NCBI GenBank assembly: GCA_963734885.1
Contig: CAVTIJ010000002.1
Span: 587,120 to 651,119 of the forward strand
Origin: an uncultured Bacteroidales bacterium
Lineage (GTDB): Bacteria > Bacteroidota > Bacteroidia > Bacteroidales > VadinHA17
Direction of reading: 5' to 3'
DNA length: 64,000 bases
In this document: positions 48,615 through 57,003 of the stretch, piece after piece
Position numbering within the stretch: position 1 is the stretch's first letter
Layout of the letters: the number at the start of each line of letters is the position of its first letter
The notes under the pieces: model-generated
Told to the model about the DNA's origin: nothing
The model's database searches: none
The model's input: only the letters and a program-made list of their open reading frames with translations
Position numbers and translations under genes: made by a program

Positions 48615-50045
48615 ATGAAAAGACTCTTTCTGTGCATTATCATCATATCTCTGAACCTTACACTCTTTTCAAGCTCCTCGAGGCCAACGCATTATGTAAT
48701 TATTGATACTGATGGCGGCATTGAGGATATCAGAGCGATTACATTGTTACTTGCTTCACCCGATGTCAGAGTTCTTGCTATTACAATATCTCCAGGGACT
48801 TTGAGCACAGAAAATGTTTATTTAAAGGTGAAGAGCCTTCTCAATTCGTACTGGCATGAAGGAATACCTGTAGGAATAAACAAAAACAGTAAGTTTAAAT
48901 CTCCTGATTTTGCAGTTCCTTTGAATACCAGATGGGGTAAAGAAGATAATTTAAGTGATAAAAACGCCCCTGATTGCATCAGTGTGATCAAAGAGGTTCT
49001 TTCATTTGAAAAAACTAAGATCAGCTTTATTTGCCTGGGGGGAATGTCGACCGTTGCCCGGGCATTGAAGGAGATCCCCGGCTTCAGTCAGCAGGTGCAG
49101 GAAATTATCTGGAGCTCAAACGGACCAAAGGACATGAATCATTTTAATTATCAGGTCGATATAGCGGCTGCAGAAAAAATCATAAAAGGAGGAATCCTTC
49201 TCAGGTCTGTAATGGGGTTAATGGAAGAATCATTCTATAATGATCAAATGTTAAAGTCAATTTCAGAAATTCCTACAAGATATGCTTCCAGCTTCTCCGA
49301 ATTTTTCAGGAAAGAAAGGACAAAAAACCGCAAGTTCCTTTATGCTGCAAATGATGAAATGGTCGCTGTATATTTACATTTCCCGGAACTTTTTCATCAC
49401 GATACAATAGCAGATTTTTTTGTTAGTCCGAGGCAAAACATCCCTTTACTTCGCGAAAGCATTCTGAAGTTACTTGCAGGCGAGACTTCAGCTAAAAATC
49501 AGGTCATCAAATCGTTTCCACTCGATTCGTCTTTTTATTCGGCAGATGTAATACCTTTTGTCACTGAAATCATTAAAAAATATGGTACGGATGAATGGAT
49601 ATCATCTGTAATTACAAATGAATTGCATCGTCAATTGGGCGTCTTTTCAATTATTGGAGTCAAAATGGGAATCAGGGCTAGAGAATATTTTAATACCGGA
49701 GTTGATGAGTTCAACACAACTTCATATGCTGGTTCTTATCCTCCCCTTAGTTACATGAACGATGGTTTGCAGGTCAGCACCGGATCAACTGCCGGACATG
49801 GGTTATTGACTATTGTGAATGATATCCCGCCGAATCCTGCTGCTGAATTTACCTATATGAACCGGAAGATACGATTAACTCTTAAGCCTGAAATTTCTGA
49901 AAAGATCATTTCCGAATTAAAAGACATAAATTATGTCAACGGTCTGGATAATAATATCTATTGGGAACTGGTTAGAAAAAGCTCTCTAAAATATTGGCAG
50001 GATCTCGACAGACACGATATCTTTATTATTGAAGAAATCGAGTAA
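48615..50045 (+). CDS. fusion protein: inosine-uridine nucleoside hydrolase-like domain + FmdE/FwdE-like domain, secreted
   Basis: The start is set at MKRLFLCIIIISL (signal peptide). VIIDTDGGIEDIRAI resembles the IUNH DxDxxxDD motif. The C-terminal ELHRQLGVFSIIGVKMGIRA...NDGLQVSTGSTAGHGLL resembles FmdE (HG..G, DgiQ..tGcT.Gk) but lacks the usual Cys residues. Confidence 0.6.
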   Translation: MKRLFLCIIIISLNLTLFSSSSRPTHYVIIDTDGGIEDIRAITLLLASPDVRVLAITISPGTLSTENVYLKVKSLLNSYWHEGIPVGINKNSKFKSPDFAVPLNTRWGKEDNLSDKNAPDCISVIKEVLSFEKTKISFICLGGMSTVARALKEIPGFSQQVQEIIWSSNGPKDMNHFNYQVDIAAAEKIIKGGILLRSVMGLMEESFYNDQMLKSISEIPTRYASSFSEFFRKERTKNRKFLYAANDEMVAVYLHFPELFHHDTIADFFVSPRQNIPLLRESILKLLAGETSAKNQVIKSFPLDSSFYSADVIPFVTEIIKKYGTDEWISSVITNELHRQLGVFSIIGVKMGIRAREYFNTGVDEFNTTSYAGSYPPLSYMNDGLQVSTGSTAGHGLLTIVNDIPPNPAAEFTYMNRKIRLTLKPEISEKIISELKDINYVNGLDNNIYWELVRKSSLKYWQDLDRHDIFIIEEIE

Positions 50046-50050
50046 GAGTA

Positions 50051-50150
50051 TTGCTGGTTGCTGGTTTGATAAAGCACCCAGCACCTAGCACCCAGCACAG
50101 CAAACAGCAACCAGCTATACAGCCTCTATTGCCCTACAGCCTCTAAAGCC
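50051..50150. repeat. word-repeat hairpin element (GCTGGTT / CACCCAGCAC / ACAGCCTCTA words)
   Basis: gctggttgctggtttg (50053-50068) is inverted against caaacagcaaccagc (50101-50115). The loop has cacccagcac x2, followed by tacagcctcta x2. It fills the whole gap between two convergent stops. Confidence 0.7.
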
Positions 50151-51761
50151 TTACTTATTGTATTCATCAAAAAAGTCATTCCCCTTATCATCCGTCAGAA
50201 TAAAGGCAGGCATATTTTCAACCCTAATCTTACGAATAGCCTCCATTCCCTGCTCCTCAAAATCCACAAGCTCAACCGACTTTATGTTTTCCGCAGCAAG
50301 TATGGCAGCTGGCCCTCCGATTGATCCCAGATAAAATCCGCCATATTTTTTACAGGCATCAATAACCTGACGGGTCCTGTTGCCTTTTGCAAGCATTATC
50401 ATTGATCCGCCATGACTCTGGAAGAGATTAACATAAGGATCCATACGACCGGCCGTAGTGGGACCGAAACTTCCTGACGGCATTCCTTCCGGAGTTTTCG
50501 CCGGACCTGCATAATATATAGGATGATTTTTAAAATATTCCGGCATAGGCTTGCCTTCATCCAGCATTTTTTTTATCAGTGCATGAGCAATATCGCGGGC
50601 AACAATTAAAGTCCCGTTAAGACTTAACCTTGTTTTCACCGGGTATTTAGTCAATTCAGCAAGCACTTCCTTCATTGGACGATCGAGGTCTATTTCAACT
50701 GGTTTCTCCAGCTCAGGAGCTTTTGCCGGCATAAAACGCGAGGGGTTCTTTTCCAGTTCTTCGATAAAAATTCCATTCTCAGTTATGTGAGCTTTAATGT
50801 TCCGGTCTGCACTGCAACTGACGCCCATCCCGACCGGACAGGAAGCCGCATGCCGTGGCAATCTGATAACCCTCACATCATGTACAAAATATTTCCCTCC
50901 AAACTGTGCGCCCACACCATACTCCTGACAAATTTTTTCAATTTTCTTCTCCCATTCAATATCTCGAAAAGCCCGGCCGCTAGCATTACCTGTAAGAGGG
51001 AGATGATCAAGATAACCTGCCGAAGCTTCTTTAACAGTTTTGAGTGTTGCCTCAGCTGAAGTCCCTCCGATGACAAGAGCCAAATGATATGGAGGACATG
51101 CTGATGTTCCAAGATCCCTGATCTTATCCTTTACGAATTTTATTAACGACTCTTCATTAAGAAGTGATTTGGACTGTTGATAAAGAAATGTCTTATTAGC
51201 CGATCCTCCTCCTTTTGTTATAAATAAAAAATCATATGATCTTCCTTCTGTAGAATATATATCAATTTGCGCAGGCAAGTTGCTGCCTGTATTTTTCTCT
51301 TCAAACATCGTATAAGGAACAACCTGTGAATATCTGAGATTTTTTTCTCGATAAGTATCAAAAATTCCTTTTGAAAGGTATTCAGCATCCTTCCCTCCTG
51401 TCCTTACGTCTTCTCCTTTCTTTCCTATAACTATTGCAGTACCGGTATCCTGACATGACGGCAAGTCTCCTTCAGCTGAAATCACAGCGTTTCGTAGCAG
51501 CATATATGATACAAACCGGTCATTGTCAGTTGCTTCCGGATCATCAAGGATCTTTGCCAGTTTTTGGAGATGAGCCGTACGGAAGAAAAAGGATATTTCA
51601 GAAACTGCTTCTTTTGCAAGGAATTCCAAACCTTTTGGGTCAACGGTAAGTATTTTCCTGCCTCCTTCTTCAACCACCTTTACATAATCTTTCGTCAGAA
51701 ATTTATACTTTGTAGTATCTTTCTCTGGCTGAACCGGTTTCTCATAAATAAATTCTGCCAT
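50151..51761 (-). CDS. fumB: class I (Fe-S) fumarate hydratase
   Basis: CQDTGTAI motif and FumA/FumB size. The start is set at MAEFIYEKP (ATG 51761). The ORF-track extension is repeat-derived. Confidence 0.88.
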   Translation of the reverse strand: MAEFIYEKPVQPEKDTTKYKFLTKDYVKVVEEGGRKILTVDPKGLEFLAKEAVSEISFFFRTAHLQKLAKILDDPEATDNDRFVSYMLLRNAVISAEGDLPSCQDTGTAIVIGKKGEDVRTGGKDAEYLSKGIFDTYREKNLRYSQVVPYTMFEEKNTGSNLPAQIDIYSTEGRSYDFLFITKGGGSANKTFLYQQSKSLLNEESLIKFVKDKIRDLGTSACPPYHLALVIGGTSAEATLKTVKEASAGYLDHLPLTGNASGRAFRDIEWEKKIEKICQEYGVGAQFGGKYFVHDVRVIRLPRHAASCPVGMGVSCSADRNIKAHITENGIFIEELEKNPSRFMPAKAPELEKPVEIDLDRPMKEVLAELTKYPVKTRLSLNGTLIVARDIAHALIKKMLDEGKPMPEYFKNHPIYYAGPAKTPEGMPSGSFGPTTAGRMDPYVNLFQSHGGSMIMLAKGNRTRQVIDACKKYGGFYLGSIGGPAAILAAENIKSVELVDFEEQGMEAIRKIRVENMPAFILTDDKGNDFFDEYNK

Positions 51762-51788
51762 GTGATGATATAATTTATTTGCAACTTG

Positions 51789-51838
51789 AAATCCATTAAC
51801 CACAAAGGTCACAAAGTAATTGCACAAAGAACATAAAG
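51789..51838. repeat. CACAAAG-word element, copy e (half element)
   Basis: Sequence aaatccattaaccacaaaggtcacaaagtaattgcacaaagaacataaag. Confidence 0.75.
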
Positions 51839-51884
51839 ATGATAAATTATATAGCTTTGTACCGATTGTGTTTGCAAGTCCAAA

Positions 51885-52736
51885 TTATAATATTCCTGAA
51901 AAATCAAATTTATCTTTAGCTCTTATACCTTTGGGAGTCATTTCCAGATTACAGCATTCAATATGTTCATCATGCTGAAAAACAAATATATATCCTTTAT
52001 TCAAAGCTTCGTTAAGGATCTTTTGTTTCTCTTCTATCGTTTTCAGTGATTCTATATCATAACTCATGTTCCAGAGTAAAGGGATATGGGCTACTGTCGG
52101 CATCAGATCGCCTGTGTAAACAAGTGTTTTTTCTTTATATTTAATTATCGGGATCATTAAGCCAGGAGTGTGTCCGTAGCAAATCATAACTTTGATCCCG
52201 GGGAATAATTCGTGCTCATCTTTTACCAGGTTCAGTTTCCCCATTTCACCCAATGGCAAAATATTTTCCTTTAAAAATGAATCTGCTTCCCTGAGGTTAT
52301 TTTTAACGGCCCAATTCCATTGTGTCTCACTTATATGGCAGGTTGCTTTTGGAAAGGTAAGTTCAAAATTATTACTCCCGGCGGATCTCTTCACTGCTCC
52401 GCCGCAATGATCAGCATGCAAATGCGTAAGAAAAATGTCGGTTACATCTCCGGGATCATATCCTCTCTTTTTTAGTCCTTTGATTAGTCCTTCTCCTCCG
52501 TTAAGACTGGCATGCCTGAAAAATTTTTCATCCTGTTTATCACCCCAGCCGGTATCAAACAAAATTACATGACCTTCGGTCTCAACTACCAACGATCTTA
52601 ATGAAAGATTTATCAGGTTATTCTCATCCGATGGATAAGCTCTCGACCATAATGCTTTTGGAATAACACCGAACATCGCACCGCCGTCGACCTTGAAATT
52701 GGTTATATTGAAAAGACTTAATTTCATATTCATCAA
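51885..52736 (-). CDS. MBL-fold metallo-hydrolase
   Basis: 283 aa with the HLHADHCGG metal-binding motif. Confidence 0.8.
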   Translation of the reverse strand: MMNMKLSLFNITNFKVDGGAMFGVIPKALWSRAYPSDENNLINLSLRSLVVETEGHVILFDTGWGDKQDEKFFRHASLNGGEGLIKGLKKRGYDPGDVTDIFLTHLHADHCGGAVKRSAGSNNFELTFPKATCHISETQWNWAVKNNLREADSFLKENILPLGEMGKLNLVKDEHELFPGIKVMICYGHTPGLMIPIIKYKEKTLVYTGDLMPTVAHIPLLWNMSYDIESLKTIEEKQKILNEALNKGYIFVFQHDEHIECCNLEMTPKGIRAKDKFDFSGIL

Positions 52737-52791
52737 AGATTAACGCTGCCTTTTGATTTTTGTTGATAAACTAATAAATATAACAAGGAAT

Positions 52792-53637
52792 CTACTTTTC
52801 ATTCGGATCAATAATCCCCACCGACTTTTCAACTGAATCGGGAAGAGAAATCCTGAAATGAGATCTGGCAAGTTTAATCATATTATCACGTAGTATCAAA
52901 GCCGAATCTAAAGCATCAGTGTATGCATCGTCGTATGATTTCCCTTTTTCAAGCAGTTTTCTTTCTTTCAATTCAGTCACAATTGAGTACTCGGTCTCTT
53001 CACATGAAACCTGGCCATCAATCCAGATCTCCTGCACAGGTATAAAATGGTAGGCAAGGTCATTTCCACTAAAACCAAAATCGGGATAGATATTTTTCCT
53101 GACCATATAACCATCAACAATCCACACTGAAATCCCATCGCGTTTTCCGACAGGCATGCGGTATATATTCTGAATTTTTATGCTGTCGGGAATATCATTG
53201 ATTTCCTTAAGATTACTGTAGTCTTTCACTGAAACTTTTCCTAAAGAAGCTTCATGCGAGTGGCAAATTTCTTCATTGGAACGCCTTATCTGAAGTTCAA
53301 GTGACAAAGATGAATCGTGAGCTGTGACATATTTCCATCCGAATTTGGCCATAAGATGACGCTCATTCATTTCATGAGCAAGAGTAAGATAATATTCCTC
53401 GCAGGAGATTGCATTGTCGATCCAAATCTCACCCTTGGGATTAAATGGATATCTCTGTTCATTCCCACCGTAAAGAAATGAACCGTAGATTTTTGATCTT
53501 ACCTGATTCCCGTCGACGATCCAGACATCATAGTCCTGAACTTTTCCCATGTAATATCTGTAAACGCCATCCACTTTCTTATGCGAACTGCAACTCATTA
53601 TAACAAATAATGTCAGGATGAATGAGATTTTTTTCAT
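52792..53637 (-). CDS. hypothetical lipoprotein made of two copies of an unassigned ~100 aa module
   Basis: Lipobox IMSC. Both halves share VWIVDG..VR..IY..F..GN..Y.F.P..EIWID...SCEE. Confidence 0.5.
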   Translation of the reverse strand: MKKISFILTLFVIMSCSSHKKVDGVYRYYMGKVQDYDVWIVDGNQVRSKIYGSFLYGGNEQRYPFNPKGEIWIDNAISCEEYYLTLAHEMNERHLMAKFGWKYVTAHDSSLSLELQIRRSNEEICHSHEASLGKVSVKDYSNLKEINDIPDSIKIQNIYRMPVGKRDGISVWIVDGYMVRKNIYPDFGFSGNDLAYHFIPVQEIWIDGQVSCEETEYSIVTELKERKLLEKGKSYDDAYTDALDSALILRDNMIKLARSHFRISLPDSVEKSVGIIDPNEK

Positions 53638-53773
53638 AGCGTATACAGGTTTCTTCTATTTCTGCAATCAATAAAATTAAGAAATTTTAGAAATTTCAAC
53701 ATCATGGAGTTCCAATATAGCTATTTTACAGTAATTTGTTAAATTCGCAATTAACTATTCCTTTTCAAAATCA

Positions 53774-54640
53774 ATGAATTTCAAAGAAGCAGCGGTAAAA
53801 TATAAGTATTCAATTGCTTTGGTGCTTTTATTTGTTTTGATTGAGAACATATCTTTTATTATTGAGCCTACTTTTTTTGGCAAATTACTCGACTCTCTGA
53901 TCGATCATTTTTACGACCATGAAAAGGCAGATTACATGCTTCCTCTTACTATCTGGATAATCGTATATATAATAAACGTTATAGGTGGTACTCTTCACAG
54001 ACTTTTTAACGGGATAGTCTACTCCAAAATGTATTCAAATATTGCAACAGATGTTGTACTTAAATTAAATTGCAGGGAAGATCAGTTCTCAAAGATGCTT
54101 GTCAGAGGAGAACTGGTCAAAGAATATATTACATTTTTTAAAGAGCGATTGCCTGAAGTTATGTGGCAATTATCAGCAACTGCAGGCGCGATAATTGCCT
54201 TGTTTTTTTATGATTACAGGATTGCCATTATATGCCTTGCTGTTATTATCCCAATTGGATTTATTAATAATCTGAATCGTAAAAAAGTCACCAGTCTTCA
54301 GAAGGATATACATGATAATCAGGAAGAGCTTTTTCATATTATTGAGACTAAAGATGTGTCACAGATCAGCAAATTCTATGGAAATACAATTATCCCTAAA
54401 ATTATGATCTCTAGATGGAATGCGTTTGGTTATGGTACTGTGAAAATCTTGCTTGTCATCATTTTTGTAGGCGTATTATTCATATGTGTTGATGTAGATA
54501 AATTCACCACAGGAAAAATCTATTCAATTGTTGCTTATCTGTGGACGTTTATAGCATCGACTGATTATCTGCCTGAACTGATGGAAAGCATTGCTTCAGT
54601 GAAAGATCTGAATACACGGTTTGAAACAGATGTTATCTGA
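53774..54640 (+). CDS. stand-alone ABC-exporter-like six-TM domain protein (no ATPase domain)
   Basis: 288 aa. The TM pattern and N-terminal layout resemble an ABC type I exporter membrane domain. No Walker motifs are present and the next gene is unrelated. Confidence 0.5.
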   Translation: MNFKEAAVKYKYSIALVLLFVLIENISFIIEPTFFGKLLDSLIDHFYDHEKADYMLPLTIWIIVYIINVIGGTLHRLFNGIVYSKMYSNIATDVVLKLNCREDQFSKMLVRGELVKEYITFFKERLPEVMWQLSATAGAIIALFFYDYRIAIICLAVIIPIGFINNLNRKKVTSLQKDIHDNQEELFHIIETKDVSQISKFYGNTIIPKIMISRWNAFGYGTVKILLVIIFVGVLFICVDVDKFTTGKIYSIVAYLWTFIASTDYLPELMESIASVKDLNTRFETDVI

Positions 54641-54695
54641 AATCAAATAAAGGATTGACCATATATAAAATGACCTTAATATAAATTTATCAAAC

Positions 54696-55560
54696 ATGAA
54701 AAAAACTTTATCAGCATTTTTTCTCCTGCTGACTGCAATTTGCTTGTCAGCACAGACCGGGAAGGTAAAAGATGATCTTACTGTTCCGAGTAAAATATTA
54801 AAAATGGATCGTAAATATGCCGTCTATCTTCCTCCCGATTATGAGACCTCACAGCGAAGCTATCCGGTTCTGTATCTTCTCCATGGAGCAGGTGATGATC
54901 AGACAGGTTGGGTACAATTTGGCGAAGTTTTGAATATTACCGATGCTGCAATTAAAGCAGGAACAGCAACTGCTATGATTATTGTCATGCCTGACGCTAA
55001 TACCGGCAAACGCGGATATGTTAATGATATAAAAGGCGAATGGCGTTATGAAGATTTTTTCTTTCAGGAATTCGTTCCTTTTATAGAAAAAGAATATCGT
55101 ATAAAATCCGATAAAAGATACAGAGCTATCGCCGGGTTATCGATGGGTGGAGAAGGTACTTTTATTTATACTTTGCATCATCCTGAGATGTTTTCTGCTG
55201 CATGTCCGCTTAAGTGCGGCAACTGGTCCTAAAAACATGGATGAAATGAAAAATTACAGACTGTGGCAGGGTGTTGAAGGTATTTCAGATGCAGATAAAG
55301 CTGCATATTTCAAAAAGTACAGTGTGTTGGATTTGATTCAGAATATGCCCGATGATCAGAAGAAAGCAGTCAGATGGTATATCGATTGCGGTGATGATGA
55401 TTTCCTGTACGAAGGAAACTGTCTTGTTCATATTGCAATGAGACAGAAAGAGATACCACATGAATTCAGAATCCGTGACGGGGCTCATAACTGGACTTAC
55501 TGGAGAGAATCATTACCTAAAGTACTGGAGTTTGTATCGATGGGATTTCATCAGTTCTAA
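54696..55560 (+). pseudogene. secreted esterase (esterase D / putative esterase family, GLSMGG nucleophile elbow) interrupted by a 1-nt frameshift
   Basis: ORFs 54696..55232 and 55147..55560 are the N- and C-halves of one esterase. Removing one base in cttaagt (about 55210-55213) gives ...FSAACPLSAATGPKNMDEM... read continuously. Confidence 0.75.
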
Positions 55561-55574
55561 CTCACAGCGTTTTT

Positions 55575-55680
55575 TTAACCACAAAGGACACAAAGCTGGC
55601 ACAAAGCACACAAAGTTAATATATTGGTCCTTTCCGTGACCTTTGTGTCTTCCTTAGCGTTCTTTGTGGTTAATGGATTT
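55575..55680. repeat. CACAAAG-word palindromic element, copy f (full length archetype)
   Basis: ttaaccacaaaggacacaaagctggcacaaagcacacaaag - 24 nt centre - cctttgtgtcttccttagcgttctttgtggttaatggattt. It lies between two convergent stop codons. Confidence 0.85.
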
Positions 55681-55694
55681 TTTTAAAAAGGGTT

Positions 55695-56879
55695 TTATGG
55701 GGGCGATTTTGGTTTTGACTTCTTCGGGGCCATTGCAAACATCAGTCTCATCATGCCTCTTATCATCTGATATGAAAACCAGTCAGTAAGCTGAAATAGC
55801 CATGTTTTCCGTCGTGAATAATCTTCAAAGGTTACCTGACGGCAATCATTAATTAAAATTTTATTCAATAAATTCTCGAATCCCGATACAAATTCTTCAT
55901 CAAGTATATCAACATTTGTTTCTACACTCCCATAATCACTCAGGTGGTTCATATTATAGCTTCCTATTGTGCTCCACCTGCCATCAACAATTGCAACCTT
56001 GGCATGGAGGTTCGAAGGGAGGTATTCATAGATCTTAATATTATTCCGAAGGATAAAATCATAAAGAAAATTTGTAGCTCTCGAAAAAACCGGTGCGTCT
56101 GATTCTGCAGAAAGCACAATTTTGATATCTACGCCTCTCCGGCTCGCATTTCGCAACAATCTTCTTTCATTACGTCCGGGTAAAAAATAACTGCCAAAAA
56201 TTATCATTCGGAATTGGGCATGCTTGATAGCTGATCGATAACTTTTCAATATCTCAATCTTGTTTCTTGACCAGTTGTTCTGAAGTACTTTCAGTTTAAT
56301 ATTTTCCTCGTATCTGAAAACATGATGAACCCTTTCCCGTGCTCTCTCCTTTTTTGATATAAATGCTTTATTCCAGAGCCTTTTGAGAATAAAAAGGACA
56401 TGAGCGCATTCGGGACCTTTTAGCATTATCGCGAAATCGAGCCACGGCCTAGCCCCTGATTTGCCGTGATAACGATCGGCAATATTCATCCCGCCGATAA
56501 TGGCTGTATTCCCATCCGTCAGGAGCACTTTATGATGCAGCCTGAGGCTCAACTGAAAACCATTGGTAATCAAACCGGGAGAGAACCATCGAAAAAGGAT
56601 ACCGGCGTCTTCAATCTTTTTTACCAGATCTTTAGAAAAACTGGTGCCTCCATAAGCGTCAAGCAGAAAATAGATCTTCACCCCTCTCTGTGCTGCTCTT
56701 ATTAAAGCATTTACGATACGCCTGCCTGTTTCATCATCATCGACAATATAAGTTTGAAAATGGATATATTGCTGAGCCTCATCTATTGATTTTTCACATG
56801 CAGCAAAAAAATTTTCTCCGCTTTGAAGCAATTCGATATAATGGCCATCCAGGTAATCGTGTCGTGAAGGTATTTGCAT
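55695..56879 (-). CDS. phospholipase D family protein / ClsB-like cardiolipin synthase
   Basis: Two HKD motifs (HHKVLLTDGNTAIIGGMN and HAKVAIVDGRWSTIGSYN). The start is set at MQIPSRHDY (ATG 56879). Confidence 0.83.
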   Translation of the reverse strand: MQIPSRHDYLDGHYIELLQSGENFFAACEKSIDEAQQYIHFQTYIVDDDETGRRIVNALIRAAQRGVKIYFLLDAYGGTSFSKDLVKKIEDAGILFRWFSPGLITNGFQLSLRLHHKVLLTDGNTAIIGGMNIADRYHGKSGARPWLDFAIMLKGPECAHVLFILKRLWNKAFISKKERARERVHHVFRYEENIKLKVLQNNWSRNKIEILKSYRSAIKHAQFRMIIFGSYFLPGRNERRLLRNASRRGVDIKIVLSAESDAPVFSRATNFLYDFILRNNIKIYEYLPSNLHAKVAIVDGRWSTIGSYNMNHLSDYGSVETNVDILDEEFVSGFENLLNKILINDCRQVTFEDYSRRKTWLFQLTDWFSYQMIRGMMRLMFAMAPKKSKPKSPP

Positions 56880-57003
56880 GTTTATCCGGATTTCTGAGAT
56901 CTTACACAAATATAGTTTTATTTGCATCTACCTAATGAACGGATGACTTGCCAACTTTTAAGATTAATTACTACTTTTGGCATCCTGATATGTGGCGTCT
57001 GAT

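Noticed and set aside
51762-51827. N-terminal extensions offered by the ORF track (also 42831-42905, 45247-45342, 48570-48614, 56880-56927, 22195-22245, 29220-29279, 30199-30225)
   Set aside because: Internal ATGs give canonical N-termini (signal, Tat or Rossmann motifs, or the family-typical start). The extensions run into repeat elements or overlap the upstream gene.
55205-55215. Programmed +1 ribosomal frameshift at CUU-A-AGU in the esterase
   Set aside because: There is no slow or stop codon in the A site, no upstream stimulatory element, and no reason for regulation. A second unrelated 1-nt frameshift (sprA) in the same window makes an indel error or decay more likely.
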